A stretch of DNA of 64,000 nucleotides from Thermoproteus sp. (GCA_049976425.1 JBMFIG010000001.1:32001-96000); one strand, 5' to 3'. Shown: positions 47,267 to 58,266, counted from the first letter of the stretch. Notes: generated by a model not told the origin, from the sequence alone. Numbers and translations: made by a program.

Positions 47267-48970
47267 ATGGGGGTCAAAATAAAGATAAGGTCGTCCAAGT
47301 GGTATGAAGGCCTCGACAACGCCTCCCACAGATCGTACCTCAGGGCTGTAGGCTTCTCGGACGAGGACTTCTCGAAGCCTCTGATGGCCGTGGTGGCGGC
47401 TTGGAGCGAGATAGGGCCTTGCAACTACCACACCCTAGAGCTTGCTAAATATGTCAAGGAGGGCGTGAAGGAGGCCGGCGGCGTTGCCTTGACGGCGCCG
47501 ACCATAGTGGTGAACGACGGCATAAACATGGGGACTCCCGGCATGAGGTACTCGCTCATAAGCAGAGACCTGATAGCGGACAGCATAGAGGCCCAGCTGA
47601 ACTCCCACGGGGTGGACGGGTGGGTGGGGATAGGCGGGTGCGACAAGACCCAGCCGGGCATAATGATGGCCATGGTGAGGCTGAACCTGCCCGCCGTATA
47701 TCTATACGGAGGATCGGCCGAGGCGGGCTGGCTGGGCGAGCAAGAGCTCACGGTCGAGGACGTCTTCGAGGCCGTCGGCGCTGTGTCGGCCGGCAAGATG
47801 ACCGAGGAGGATCTGAGGCGGTACGAGTACGAGGTCTTCCCGACCTACGGCACCTGCCAAGGCCTCTTCACAGCCAACACCATGGCCATGTTGGGGGAGG
47901 CCCTCGGCCTCTCCCTACTGGGCTCCGCATCGCCGCCAGCTACCACGGGCAGGCGGAGGGCCTATGCGGTGGAGTCCGGCAGGACTTTGTTGAGGGTTGC
48001 GGAGCTCGGCATAAGGCCTAGGCATATCGTGACCTACGACGCTATATACAACGCGGCCGTCACGCTGTTCGCCACGGCGGGCTCCACAAACGCCATACTG
48101 CACTTGCTGGCCATAGCCCACGAGGCGGGGGTGAGCTTCACGCTTAAGGACTTCGACGAGATCAGCAAGAAGGTGCCCGTGATAGCGGCTCTGAGGCCTG
48201 CCGGGCCCTACGCCATGCAGGATCTCGACAGAATAGGCGGGGTGCCGCGCATACTGAAGAAATTATACAAGGCAGGTCTGCTGAGGCCTGAGGCAGTGAC
48301 GGTGGAAGGCGAGCCTCTGGGCAAACTTCTGGACAGATGGCAACCGCCGGCGGTGCCCGAGTCGGGCATTCTGTACGACGTAGAGAGGCCGTATAAGCCC
48401 TACTCGGGCATAAGGATACTCTGGGGCAACTTGGCCCCCAACGGGGCCGTGATGAAGATCGGGGCTGCCGGCGCCTTGAGGTTCGAGGGGAGGGCTCTGC
48501 CTTTCGACGACGAGGCGGAGGCTTTCAGGGCAGTGGCGCGAGGCGAGGTCAAGCCCGGCCACGTTGTGGTGATAAGATACGTGGGCCCCAAGGGCGCTCC
48601 GGGCATGCCGGAGATGCTTAAAGTGACGGCGGCTATAGTAGGCGCCAGGTTGGGCGAATCCGTCGCGTTGGTGACAGACGGCCGCTTCTCCGGAGCCACA
48701 AGGGGCATAATGGTGGGCCACGTGGCGCCGGAGGCCGCCGTGGGAGGGCCGATAGCCCTCGTCCAACAAGGCGACAGGATCGTGATAGACGGAGAGGCCG
48801 GCCTGCTCAAGCTAGACGTACCCGACGAGGAGCTCGAGCGCCGCAGGAAGTCGTGGAGTCCGCCTAGGCCGAACTACGCCGGCGGTCTCCTGGCCAAATA
48901 CGCCGCGTTGGTGCAACAAGCCGATAGAGGCGCGGTGACGACCCCCTCGCCGCTGTACGTCGACTATTGA
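47267..48970 (+). CDS. ilvD: dihydroxy-acid dehydratase (IlvD/Edd family)
   Basis: PCN, GCDKT, TANTM, GSTNA, GMPEM and TDGRFSG. Confidence 0.93.
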   Translation: MGVKIKIRSSKWYEGLDNASHRSYLRAVGFSDEDFSKPLMAVVAAWSEIGPCNYHTLELAKYVKEGVKEAGGVALTAPTIVVNDGINMGTPGMRYSLISRDLIADSIEAQLNSHGVDGWVGIGGCDKTQPGIMMAMVRLNLPAVYLYGGSAEAGWLGEQELTVEDVFEAVGAVSAGKMTEEDLRRYEYEVFPTYGTCQGLFTANTMAMLGEALGLSLLGSASPPATTGRRRAYAVESGRTLLRVAELGIRPRHIVTYDAIYNAAVTLFATAGSTNAILHLLAIAHEAGVSFTLKDFDEISKKVPVIAALRPAGPYAMQDLDRIGGVPRILKKLYKAGLLRPEAVTVEGEPLGKLLDRWQPPAVPESGILYDVERPYKPYSGIRILWGNLAPNGAVMKIGAAGALRFEGRALPFDDEAEAFRAVARGEVKPGHVVVIRYVGPKGAPGMPEMLKVTAAIVGARLGESVALVTDGRFSGATRGIMVGHVAPEAAVGGPIALVQQGDRIVIDGEAGLLKLDVPDEELERRRKSWSPPRPNYAGGLLAKYAALVQQADRGAVTTPSPLYVDY

Positions 48971-49063
48971 GCCGGCCGTCGGTCTTCGGTCTGTGTAGCG
49001 CGTTTCTAACTGCGGCTACCGTCTACCCACGTTGCGTTATATAGGGGCTGTTTTACTTGATAT

Positions 49064-49996
49064 GTGATCTCGGCCGTCGAGCTTATCGGCGGTATAGCCT
49101 TAACTATCGTGGCTGGGTTGCTGGTTGAGCAACTTGTTTACTACTTCAGCGCGAGGACTGGGCGCTCCACCGCGGGCGTGGCCATGATAGTGGCGCCGGT
49201 CATAACGTCGAGTCCCGAGCTGGCGGTCTTCTTAATAGCGCTACTGCAAGGCAAGGCCGACGTGGCTTGGGGCTCCATCGTGGCCCAGCCCTTCATGGCC
49301 TCCACCATTATATACCCCGTCGTCATCGCCGTAGCCGCGATCTTCTGGGCGTTGAGGAGGAGATCCACGCCTGTGCCTCACGTACATAGACGCGTGGCGT
49401 TGCCGCTTTTGGTCTTCACGATTCCGCTGGTGCCTATATTGTTCTTGCACCCGGAGAGGTACGGCATATACGGCAGGCTGTACGGGACGCTTATCCTCGC
49501 GGCGTATTTCGTATACGCCGGACGCGCGTTGGGCGGAAAGGCCAAGGCGGGCGAGAGCCCGCGCCTCTATCTTAGAAACCCCGTCTTGCAGACGGCCGCC
49601 TCGTTGGCGGCCATGTATCTGGGCGGCGAGTGGCTCGTCGGAGGCATAACGGGGCTGGGGGCCTCGCTGGGTCTGGACGAGACGGCGTTGGCCGTGGTGC
49701 TCGTGCCCGTGGCGACCGTCCTGCCCGAGTCGGTAACAGGGCTCGTCTTTGTGGCGAGAGGGAAGGACGACGAGGGCATCGGCGTCATAGTCGGCGAGAA
49801 GGCTCTCTACGGCACGCTCTATCCCGGCCTGGCTATGGCCTTGGGCATCTACACGCTTGAGCCTGCGGCAGCCACGGCGTTGATGATAGCGGTGGCGATT
49901 TCCTTATTGGAGGCCGCCGCCGTGTGGCGCGGCTACTTCGGCCTGACGGCCCCGCTGGGACTAGCCGGCTATGTCTGGTACCTACATCACCTCTAG
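49064..49996 (+). CDS. Na+/Ca2+ exchanger family membrane protein
   Basis: Alpha repeats ITSSPEL and ATVLPES. Confidence 0.8.
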   Translation: MISAVELIGGIALTIVAGLLVEQLVYYFSARTGRSTAGVAMIVAPVITSSPELAVFLIALLQGKADVAWGSIVAQPFMASTIIYPVVIAVAAIFWALRRRSTPVPHVHRRVALPLLVFTIPLVPILFLHPERYGIYGRLYGTLILAAYFVYAGRALGGKAKAGESPRLYLRNPVLQTAASLAAMYLGGEWLVGGITGLGASLGLDETALAVVLVPVATVLPESVTGLVFVARGKDDEGIGVIVGEKALYGTLYPGLAMALGIYTLEPAAATALMIAVAISLLEAAAVWRGYFGLTAPLGLAGYVWYLHHL

Positions 49997-51215
49997 GATA
50001 GTTAAGGCCATACTCTCCGCGGCCGATCTGAGCAAGGCGGTCGCGGCCAAGGCCGGCAACCTCGGCGAGGTCAGGGCGGTGGCTGTGGGCAAGGGCGCGT
50101 TGCCTATGTTGAAGGGGCTGGAGGCCGTGGCCGATATAGTCGACGGCGTGGCCGTGGCGCCGCAAGCCGGCCCGGTCCCGCGCTCGGTCAAGCTCTACGT
50201 GGCGGACCACCCGATACCGACGGAGAGGAGCTTCGAGGCAGGCCGGGCCGTCCTGGATTACGTCGAATCCCTAGGACGCGGCGATACTCTCGTGCTCCTG
50301 GTGTCCGGAGGCGCGTCGAGCCTTATGGAGGCGCCGTTGGTCCCCGAGGAGGATTTCCTGAAGGCGTGGGAGATCTTGCTCAAGAGCGGCATGACGATAC
50401 ACGAGATGAACGCGGTGAGGAAGAGGCTGTCTGCCATCAAGGGAGGGAAACTAGGGCACATCGCGGCGGCGCGGGGGGCCGAGGTGGTCAACCTAATAGC
50501 CAGCGACGTGCCTTGCGACAACCCCTCGGACGTCGGCTCAGGCCCCGGCGTGCCCGACGACACGACGCCGGACGAGGCGTACCTCTACCTAAAGGTGAGA
50601 GGGCTCTGGGGCAGATTGCCGGAGAGCGTGCGCCGCCTTATAGAATCGAGGAGGGGCTCTAGAGACACGCCCTCGAGCTTTCCCCATAGGGCGGCTGTGG
50701 TGGCCCGGAACCTCGACGTCTTGGAGGCGCTCCGCGACGCGGTCGGCGGCCGCGTGGTCACCTCCTGCCTCGTCGGCGAGGCGCGCGACGTGGGCAGGCT
50801 GGCGGCCTATATGGCCAAGGAACTCGGGACCCCTCTGATCCTCGGCGGGGAGCCCTCCGTGACCGTCAAGGGCAGAGGAAGGGGCGGCAGGACGAGCGAG
50901 TTCGCCCTATCCTTCGCCCTGTCCTCGACGGGCGAGCTGGCTGTCTTGGCCCTCGCCACCGACGGCCTCGACGGCAACACAGGCGCGGCGGGGGTGTGGG
51001 CCGACCCCGAGCTCTTGAGGGACATAGCGGCGGCAGGCATGGACGTGGGCCGCCTCTTCGAGGAGAACGACACGTTTAGGCCGTTCGAGGCCACCGGCCG
51101 GGCGATCTACACAGGCCCCACGGGCTCGAACCTGAACCTGGTCTTCTACGTCGATAGGTGGAGCCGCCTTAAAGATCTCCTAGCGGGCGGCCAGATACAG
51201 GAAGGGCAGATATAG
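49971..51215 (+). CDS. glycerate 2-kinase (MOFRL family)
   Basis: VGKGA, HPIP, SGGASS, IKGG, SDV, GSGP, TDGLDG and TGPTGSN. Confidence 0.92.
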   Translation: MSGTYITSRIVKAILSAADLSKAVAAKAGNLGEVRAVAVGKGALPMLKGLEAVADIVDGVAVAPQAGPVPRSVKLYVADHPIPTERSFEAGRAVLDYVESLGRGDTLVLLVSGGASSLMEAPLVPEEDFLKAWEILLKSGMTIHEMNAVRKRLSAIKGGKLGHIAAARGAEVVNLIASDVPCDNPSDVGSGPGVPDDTTPDEAYLYLKVRGLWGRLPESVRRLIESRRGSRDTPSSFPHRAAVVARNLDVLEALRDAVGGRVVTSCLVGEARDVGRLAAYMAKELGTPLILGGEPSVTVKGRGRGGRTSEFALSFALSSTGELAVLALATDGLDGNTGAAGVWADPELLRDIAAAGMDVGRLFEENDTFRPFEATGRAIYTGPTGSNLNLVFYVDRWSRLKDLLAGGQIQEGQI

Positions 51216-52463
51216 GGCCATATTGACGGCCGTGATCACGACGCCCCTCTTGGCGAACTCGCCGAATTTTATCGTCTTGGAGTACCTGCTCTCCACCACC
51301 TCGAGTATTATTATGTTAGATGCGGCCCCCAGCAAGGTCAAGTTGCCCGCTATAGTGGCCGCCGTGGCTAACGTGAGCCACGACCAGACGTCTCGAGGCC
51401 CGTAGCCCGCCGTCTTCATGTACTGTATGAAGAGCTCGGTGAAGGGCACGTTGGACAGCGCTTGGCTGAACAGAAGCGACTCGACAGTTATCGCCGGTAT
51501 GCCTAAGATAGGCCCCTCCCTTTCTGGCAACAGAGCCCCCACGGCGGGCTGGAGAAGCCCGCTGTTCCAAACGCCCCTCATTGTGATGAACATAGTTATG
51601 AAGAAGATGATGGTCCCCCAGTTGACGCCCTCCAGCACCTTCCTCGGCTCCGACGAAAAGATATACACGGCCGCGGCGACGACGAAGGGTATGAAGCCTA
51701 TGTTCTCTACGTGGGGCAACCCCATCAACGTGAGTATGTCGTTGATCAGCAACGCGGCTACGACCGATATCAAGGCGCCGCCGGCGAGGTAGGCGTCGCG
51801 TCTGTTCTTTATAAACTCGGCGGGCACGAAGACCGCGTTGATCTTTCTATCCGGTATGCCGTACCATTTAGATATCAGCACAGACAGCGCAAGGAGATTC
51901 GCCAAGGTAGGCGCCAACAAGTACTTCAAGAAGGTGAGCAACGGGGCGGCTATGCCGGACTGGACCGCTATCAAGACGTTTTGGGGATTGCCTATAGGCG
52001 TCGCGACGGAGCCTATAGTCACGGAGAACGCCAGCAACAATACGAGCGGCTCTAGCTCCACGCCGGCGATCCTCGCCGCTGTCGCGACTATGGCCGGCCC
52101 CATTAAGGCCACGGCGTCGTTGACCGTAAACGCCGCGAGCATGCCGAACAGCAGAGACAAAAGCATGAGCATCCTCCTCGTGGAGCCGGCTCTGGCGAGG
52201 AACCAGTAGGCCACGGCGTCGAGGAGGCCTGAGGACTCCGCCATAGAGACTATCGAGAACATGCCTATAAGGAAGAGCACCACGTCGAGGTCGACGGCGG
52301 CGCCCAGCTCGCCGATGGGCAATAGGCCCCCGACTACCACCACAAACGACGTGAAGGCCATGATGGACCACGCCGGCACGCGCGGGAATCGGGACTTCAC
52401 AACAAGTCCCCCGATCAGCACGGCGAGGGCGGCCGCCGCTATGGTCTGCTGGACGAAGCCCAT
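51180..52463 (-). CDS. ArsB/SLC13 anion permease
   Basis: VNDA, TPIGNPQN, LSNVP and GNLTLLGAASNII. Confidence 0.88.
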   Translation of the reverse strand: MGFVQQTIAAAALAVLIGGLVVKSRFPRVPAWSIMAFTSFVVVVGGLLPIGELGAAVDLDVVLFLIGMFSIVSMAESSGLLDAVAYWFLARAGSTRRMLMLLSLLFGMLAAFTVNDAVALMGPAIVATAARIAGVELEPLVLLLAFSVTIGSVATPIGNPQNVLIAVQSGIAAPLLTFLKYLLAPTLANLLALSVLISKWYGIPDRKINAVFVPAEFIKNRRDAYLAGGALISVVAALLINDILTLMGLPHVENIGFIPFVVAAAVYIFSSEPRKVLEGVNWGTIIFFITMFITMRGVWNSGLLQPAVGALLPEREGPILGIPAITVESLLFSQALSNVPFTELFIQYMKTAGYGPRDVWSWLTLATAATIAGNLTLLGAASNIIILEVVESRYSKTIKFGEFAKRGVVITAVNMALYLPFLYLAAR

Positions 52464-52582
52464 AGCGCACGCGCACGTCGGAAGCTATTTAAAGTAGCGG
52501 TCGCGCCTCTTTAAGCAAAAGATTAAATTAATCCCGGATCCTCCTCAAGGCCATGCGGCTTCCTATGAAGTGAAAATTTATA

Positions 52583-54142
52583 ATGGATATGGGGATCACC
52601 GACGTGGAGCGGCCGAGGAAGGCTATCGTGGTGAACTTCGGCGGCCAGTACGCGCACCTTATAGCGAGGCGCCTCAGAGAGGCCGGCCTCTTCGCGGTGT
52701 TGGTACAGCCAGAACAGCTGGAGGACGCGTTGCGCCAGGACGACGTGGCCGCGGCGGTCCTATCGGGCGGCCCTAAGAGCGTCCTGGAGGAGGAGATAAG
52801 AATAACCCCGGCGATCTTCGAGGCCCAGATCCCCGTCTTGGGCATATGCTATGGGCACCAGCTCATCGCCAAGATGTTGGGCGGGAGGGTGGAGAGAGGT
52901 CCGGGAGAGTACGGCGACACCAAGGTGAGTCTTCTCGAGGACGACCCTCTCCTGGACGGCCTCGACAAGGAGGAGATCGTGTGGATGTCCCACGGCGACT
53001 ACGTGGCCGCCGCGCCGCCCGGCTTCAAGATCCTCGCGATCTCCGAAAGGGGGTATATCGCCGCCATGAGGTCTGTAGATAGGCCCATATACGGCGTCCA
53101 GTTCCACCCGGAGGTCTCCCACACAGTCAAGGGGAGGCTCATCTTCAGCAACTTCGTCGAGAAGGTGGTGGGGATAAGGCCCTCGCAACGTTGGGATCCG
53201 GCGTCCCAAATACCGAATATAGTGGAGCGCATCCGCGCCTCGGTGGGGCCTCACGAGAAGGTCCTCGTGGCGGTGAGCGGCGGGGTCGACAGCACGGTGA
53301 CGGCCGTGCTGACGGCGAGAGCCGTCGGCGAGCGCGCAGTGCCTATATTCGTGAACCACGGCTTGTTTAGGGAAGGCGAGCCGGAGGAGGTGCTCTCGGC
53401 GCTCAAGAGGCTGGGCCTAGACGTGGTCTACGTCGACGCCTCCGAGAAGTTCCTGGCCCGGCTCGAGGGCGTGGAGGACTGCGAGGAGCGGCGTAGGATA
53501 ATCGGCGAGACCTTCGCCGAGGTTTTCGCGGAGGCGGCCGCCAAGATAGAGGGCGCCGGATGGCTGGCCCAGGGCACGTTGTACCCAGACGTGATAGAGA
53601 GCGGCGCCGTGAAGGGCGCAGATAGGATAAAGAGCCACCACAACGTCGCCGGGTTGCCCCAATGGCTGGGCCTCAAGGTGCTGGAGCCTCTTAGGGATTT
53701 CTATAAGGACGAGGTGAGGGCTATCGGCAGAGCTCTGGGCCTCCCGGAGGAGCTCGTCAACAGACACCCCTTCCCGGGACCTGGGCTGTCGGTGAGGGTG
53801 ATGGGCCGCTTCACTAGAGAGAAGTTGGAGATAGCCAGGAAGGCCTCGCGTATAGTCGAGGAGGAGCTCAGGAGAGCGGGCCTACACGACAAGGTCTGGC
53901 AAGCGTTCGCCGCGGTGGGAGACGACAGATGGGTCGGCGTCAAGGGAGACGCAAGGGCCGTGGGGCACGTGGTGATAGTCAGGGTCGTGCAGAGCGAGGA
54001 CGCCATGACCGCGGACTGGCCTGAGCTCGGCAAGGAGGTCTTGTCGAGGATATCCTCCAGGATAACGTCGGAGGTCCCGGGCGTGGTCATGGTGGCCTAC
54101 GCCGTCACTCCCAAGCCCCCCGCGACGATAGAGCCGTGCTAG
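52583..54142 (+). CDS. guaA: GMP synthase (fused glutaminase and synthetase)
   Basis: GICYGHQ, QFHPE, SGGVDS, IKSHHN and KPPATIE. Confidence 0.97.
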   Translation: MDMGITDVERPRKAIVVNFGGQYAHLIARRLREAGLFAVLVQPEQLEDALRQDDVAAAVLSGGPKSVLEEEIRITPAIFEAQIPVLGICYGHQLIAKMLGGRVERGPGEYGDTKVSLLEDDPLLDGLDKEEIVWMSHGDYVAAAPPGFKILAISERGYIAAMRSVDRPIYGVQFHPEVSHTVKGRLIFSNFVEKVVGIRPSQRWDPASQIPNIVERIRASVGPHEKVLVAVSGGVDSTVTAVLTARAVGERAVPIFVNHGLFREGEPEEVLSALKRLGLDVVYVDASEKFLARLEGVEDCEERRRIIGETFAEVFAEAAAKIEGAGWLAQGTLYPDVIESGAVKGADRIKSHHNVAGLPQWLGLKVLEPLRDFYKDEVRAIGRALGLPEELVNRHPFPGPGLSVRVMGRFTREKLEIARKASRIVEEELRRAGLHDKVWQAFAAVGDDRWVGVKGDARAVGHVVIVRVVQSEDAMTADWPELGKEVLSRISSRITSEVPGVVMVAYAVTPKPPATIEPC

Positions 54143-54831
54143 TACGTGAAGTCCTCGCGGACGCAGGACAGATCGCCTCTGTATAGGGCGTAGCCGACTA
54201 TAGCGCCGTCGAAGCCGGCCGATCTCAGAAGCTCTAGGTGGCCGCAGTGGGAGACGCCGCCAGCGTAGTAAACCTTTCTGGCTATACGCCTAAGCGCCTC
54301 CACGTCTGTCAACAGAGGCCCGGCCCCCGTGCCCTCCACGTCGACCGATGTGTATATCGCAGCGGCTAGGTCGAGCCCCTCCAGCCGCCTCAAGGCGTCC
54401 TCGAGCCTCACCAGCTTGACGGTCCAGCCGCCTCCCATGACCCAGCCCTCCGAAACGTCCAGCGAGATCACCACCTTTCCCGGAAAAGCCCTGGCTATCT
54501 CCTCGAAAAGCCGCGGCTCCGTGAAAGGCAGGGTGCCCACCACCGCGTAGTCGCAGAGGTCCAAGGCCCTCTCCACCGAGCGCAGATCCCTCAGCCCTCC
54601 GCCCAGCTGGCAGGCCCCCTCCACGATGTCCGATATAGCGGCCACGGCGTCTAGATTGGCGGGCGCCCCGCGCTCGGCGCCGTCTAGGTCAACGACGTGG
54701 ACCAAAGGGGCTCGGGAGAACTTGCGGGCGAGCTCCAACGGATCGCCGACGAAGACGTACTCGCCCCGCCTCCCCCTAACTCTCTTAACGGCTCTCCCGC
54801 CCTCCAGATCTATGGAGGGTATGACGAGCAT
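54139..54831 (-). CDS. hisA: ProFAR isomerase
   Basis: IPSIDL, HVVDLDG, QLGGGLR and YAGGV. Confidence 0.93.
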   Translation of the reverse strand: MLVIPSIDLEGGRAVKRVRGRRGEYVFVGDPLELARKFSRAPLVHVVDLDGAERGAPANLDAVAAISDIVEGACQLGGGLRDLRSVERALDLCDYAVVGTLPFTEPRLFEEIARAFPGKVVISLDVSEGWVMGGGWTVKLVRLEDALRRLEGLDLAAAIYTSVDVEGTGAGPLLTDVEALRRIARKVYYAGGVSHCGHLELLRSAGFDGAIVGYALYRGDLSCVREDFTY

Positions 54832-54860
54832 GGTTTTAAGAAGGGGGCCCGTTAAAAACG

Positions 54861-54912
54861 GTGATGAGGTCTCGGGGAGTCGGACAGGTGAGGCGCGCGG
54901 TTATCCGGCTGA
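54861..54912 (+). ncRNA. C/D box methylation guide sRNA
   Basis: C GTGATGA, guide GGTCTCGGGGAGT, D' CGGA, C' GTGAGGC, guide GCGCGGTTATCCGG, D CTGA; TTTTAAG box 27 nt upstream. Confidence 0.8.
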
Positions 54913-55461
54913 TCATTTGGTTGTGACGGGCCTGTCGGATGGTGCGAGCGCCTGCCTCAACGCGAACCCCAACGCCTTGTGCGCCGCCTCGATTATATGA
55001 TGGGGATCCTCTCCGAATGCCCTGACGTGTACAGTCGCCTTGAGCTCGGACGCGAGCGACCTCACGAAGTGGGGGAACATATACGTCGGGTAGCCGCCTA
55101 TTGCGATCCGAGGCAGTCTTGCCTTGACCACCCAATAGGGCCTGCCGCCGAGATCCACCGCGACGACCGCCTCGGCCTCGTCCATCGGCACTATGGCCCA
55201 GCCGTAGCGGGCTATCGACCTCCTATCGCCGGCTAGCTCCGACAGCGCCATGCCTAGGGCCAGGCCGACGTCCTCTATCACGTGGTGGCCCTCGTCTAGA
55301 TCCCTGAGTACCTCCGCCTCCACCCTGCCGCCCAACCCAGCGTAGTAGAGCAGGGTCTCGACCATATGGGCGAGGAACGGCACAGGCGCGGAAACCGAGA
55401 GAGGCCCCCCTCTCGTGAGCTCCACCACCACTCTGGTCTCCTTAGTCTCCCTGACGACCAT
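54913..55461 (-). CDS. hisB: imidazoleglycerol-phosphate dehydratase
   Basis: RETKET, HHVIED, PMDE and HHIIEA. Confidence 0.95.
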   Translation of the reverse strand: MVVRETKETRVVVELTRGGPLSVSAPVPFLAHMVETLLYYAGLGGRVEAEVLRDLDEGHHVIEDVGLALGMALSELAGDRRSIARYGWAIVPMDEAEAVVAVDLGGRPYWVVKARLPRIAIGGYPTYMFPHFVRSLASELKATVHVRAFGEDPHHIIEAAHKALGFALRQALAPSDRPVTTK

Positions 55462-55512
55462 GAGGCTACCGCATCCCCTATATAAGATATATTTATCCTA
55501 AGTTTTAGGCGC

Positions 55513-56277
55513 GTGGCGGCGGTGAGGGTGATCCCCTGCCTCGATATAGACGGGAGGCGGGGCGTCGTGGTCAAGGGCGTGAACTTCCAGGGACTTAGAG
55601 AAGTAGGCGACCCGGTAGAGCTGGCGATGCGCTACGACGAGGAGGGCGCCGACGAGCTGGTGGTGCTCGACATAACGGCCAGCGTGGAGGACCGCCCCAC
55701 GTTCTTGAAGGTGGTGAGGGAGGTGGCCACCTCCGTCTCCATACCGGTGACGATAGGAGGCGGCGTGAGGTCGGTGGAGGACGCCGACAAGCTGTTCAAG
55801 GCGGGGGCCGATAAGGTGTCGGTGAACACGGCCGCGGTTAGAAAGCCCGAGCTCGTGGCCGAGCTGGCTAGGCAGTACGGCTCGCAGTCCACAGTCGTCG
55901 CCATAGACGCCAAGAGAGTCGGCGAGAGCTACAAGGTCTACATAAGGGGCGGCAACACGCCGACGGATCTCGACGCGGTGAGGTGGGCCGCCAAGGTCGT
56001 CGAGCTGGGGGCGGGCGAGTTGTTGGTGACGTCGATAGATAGGGACGGCACTAGGTCCGGCTACGACTTAGACCTAATAAAGGCCGTGTATTCGGCCGCC
56101 AAAGTCCCCCTAATAGCGTCGGGCGGCGCCGGCGACTACAGCCACTTCTACGAAGCGGCTTTAGCCGGTGCCGACGGCTTGCTCGCGGCCAGCCTATTCC
56201 ACTTCCGCATAGTTGAGATAAGGAGGCTTAAGGAATATCTAGCGTCGAGAGGCGTCGATGTGCGCGTAGATTATTGA
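55513..56277 (+). CDS. hisF: imidazole glycerol phosphate synthase cyclase subunit
   Basis: RVIPCLD, VVKGVNF, GADELVVLDITAS and SIDRDGT. Confidence 0.97.
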   Translation: MAAVRVIPCLDIDGRRGVVVKGVNFQGLREVGDPVELAMRYDEEGADELVVLDITASVEDRPTFLKVVREVATSVSIPVTIGGGVRSVEDADKLFKAGADKVSVNTAAVRKPELVAELARQYGSQSTVVAIDAKRVGESYKVYIRGGNTPTDLDAVRWAAKVVELGAGELLVTSIDRDGTRSGYDLDLIKAVYSAAKVPLIASGGAGDYSHFYEAALAGADGLLAASLFHFRIVEIRRLKEYLASRGVDVRVDY

Positions 56278-56422
56278 GCCGACAATTATTTTTACAATTA
56301 TATATACCTATTTAATAGAAAGTAACAATAGATAAATATATTTATTCATATCGTCAAGAAATAGCTAGGGTTTTAACAGAAGCTTCAAGGTAAGGTTTTA
56401 AACAACTAAGGCCGACGCGACT

Positions 56423-57610
56423 ATGCGCGAGGTCTGGATAGTTGGCTACGCCAGGACTCCTATAGGGAAGTTCGGCGGAGCGCTTAAGGACGTCAAGACC
56501 GCGCATCTGGCCGCTTTCGCTATTCGTAAGGCGCTTGAGAGGATCGGGCTGGACGGCAAGCTGGTCGAGGAGGTTATCATAGGCTCGACCCTACAGGGAG
56601 GGCAGGGCCAGAGCCTTGCGAGGCAGGCGGCGCTGTACGCCGGGCTTCCCGTGACCACAAGCGCCTACACCGTCAACCGCGTGTGTTCGTCGGGGATGCA
56701 GGCGGTGATAGACGCCTATAGGGAGATAGCGCTGGGCGACGCCGATATAGTGGTCGCCGGTGGGGCTGAGTCGATGTCGACGGCTCCTCTGGCCTTCTCG
56801 TCGGAGACCCGCTGGGGCGTCAAGCACCTCATAGGCAGAGGGCAACAACTGCTCGACTTGATGGTGTACGACGGCTTGACCGACCCCACGAACGGTCTGC
56901 TGATGGGAGAGGAGGCCGAGATGGTCGCTAAGGAGTGGGGCATCACTAGGCAGGAGCTCGACCAGGTGGCCTACGAGAGCCATATGAGGGCTTGGAAAGC
57001 CACCGAGAACAAGTGGTTTCTGGACATGGAGCCCATAGAGGATACCCTAGGCGGAGTGCAGGTCAAGTTGGATAGGGACGAGGGGATAAGGCCGGACACC
57101 AACTTGGAGAAGCTGGCCAAGCTGAAGCCGGCGTTTAGGCCCGACGGGGTGTTAACCGCAGGCAACTCCAGCCAGCTGTCCGACGGCGCGGCGGCGCTCG
57201 TCTTGGCCTCGTCCGACAAGGCGAAGGAGCTGGGGCTCAAGCCTGTGGCCAAGATTCTGGGGTATTCCTGGCATATGGTGGAGCCGTGGCGCTTCGTCGA
57301 GGCGCCTATATATGCGGTGCAGAAGCTCGTCAAGAAGATCGGCATGGGGCTGGATCAGTTCGACTACTTCGAGAACAACGAGGCCTTCGCCGTCAACAAC
57401 ATACTGTTCCACAGAGTCCTCCAAGTGCCCTATGAGAGGCTGAACGTTTTCGGAGGCGCAGTCGCGCTCGGGCACCCGCTTGGCGCATCCGGCGCACGTA
57501 TAATCACCACGTTGATATCTGTGCTGAAGGTTAAGGGCGGCAGGCGCGGCATAGCGGCGTTGTGCCACGGCACTGGCGGCGGCACCGCCGTAGCCTTAGA
57601 AATAATATAA
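56423..57610 (+). CDS. acetyl-CoA acetyltransferase (thiolase)
   Basis: NRVCSSG, NEAFA, GHPLGASG and CHGTG. Confidence 0.95.
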   Translation: MREVWIVGYARTPIGKFGGALKDVKTAHLAAFAIRKALERIGLDGKLVEEVIIGSTLQGGQGQSLARQAALYAGLPVTTSAYTVNRVCSSGMQAVIDAYREIALGDADIVVAGGAESMSTAPLAFSSETRWGVKHLIGRGQQLLDLMVYDGLTDPTNGLLMGEEAEMVAKEWGITRQELDQVAYESHMRAWKATENKWFLDMEPIEDTLGGVQVKLDRDEGIRPDTNLEKLAKLKPAFRPDGVLTAGNSSQLSDGAAALVLASSDKAKELGLKPVAKILGYSWHMVEPWRFVEAPIYAVQKLVKKIGMGLDQFDYFENNEAFAVNNILFHRVLQVPYERLNVFGGAVALGHPLGASGARIITTLISVLKVKGGRRGIAALCHGTGGGTAVALEII

Positions 57611-57630
57611 ATCCGGCAACGACAGACGGC

Positions 57631-58266
57631 GTGGAGCGCCTGGTCAAGGCTCTTTTGACCCTAGAGCCTCCCAGGCTAGAGGCGGATTACCGCTCCAGAG
57701 AAGCGCCGAGGGGGTACGTGGAGCCTCCCTTTGCCGTCAGGCTAGACGGCGTCAACTTCGGCAAGGCCCTTTCGGATCTCCCCGGCCCGCGGAACGTCGG
57801 TGTTCACAGAGCGCTTAAGAGAGCCGCGGCGGATCTGGCGAAGACGACCGGCGCCGGGCTTGTATACATAGTCAGCGACGAGGTTAACCTAGTCTACAGA
57901 AGCGGCGTCCCCTACAGAGGCAGGATCCAGAAAATCATCAGCGTCTTGCCCTCGGCGCTTTCGGCCAAGGTCTCCGCGCTCTTGGGCAGGCCGCTTTACT
58001 TCGACGCGAGGGTGGTCAAGCTCTACGACGAGCGGGACATAGCGCGTTACGTGGCGTATAGGGCGCGCATCGGCTTGAACAACTACGCCGTATCTCTGGC
58101 CAGGGAGAGGGGCTTGATCTCCGACTCCACGCCGCCCGTAGGCGAGGTGTTGAGCATGCTCTCAGGAGCCGACCTATCGCTGGGCTGGGGTTCCCTTATG
58201 CTGGAGGACGGCGGATGGGGCGACGCAGATCTCTGCGACTTCTTGGCAAAAAGCGGGCTATGTTGA
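57631..58266 (+). CDS. tRNA(His) guanylyltransferase Thg1 family 3'-5' polymerase
   Basis: VRLDGVNF, SDEVNL, GRIQKI and FDARV. Confidence 0.88.
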   Translation: MERLVKALLTLEPPRLEADYRSREAPRGYVEPPFAVRLDGVNFGKALSDLPGPRNVGVHRALKRAAADLAKTTGAGLVYIVSDEVNLVYRSGVPYRGRIQKIISVLPSALSAKVSALLGRPLYFDARVVKLYDERDIARYVAYRARIGLNNYAVSLARERGLISDSTPPVGEVLSMLSGADLSLGWGSLMLEDGGWGDADLCDFLAKSGLC

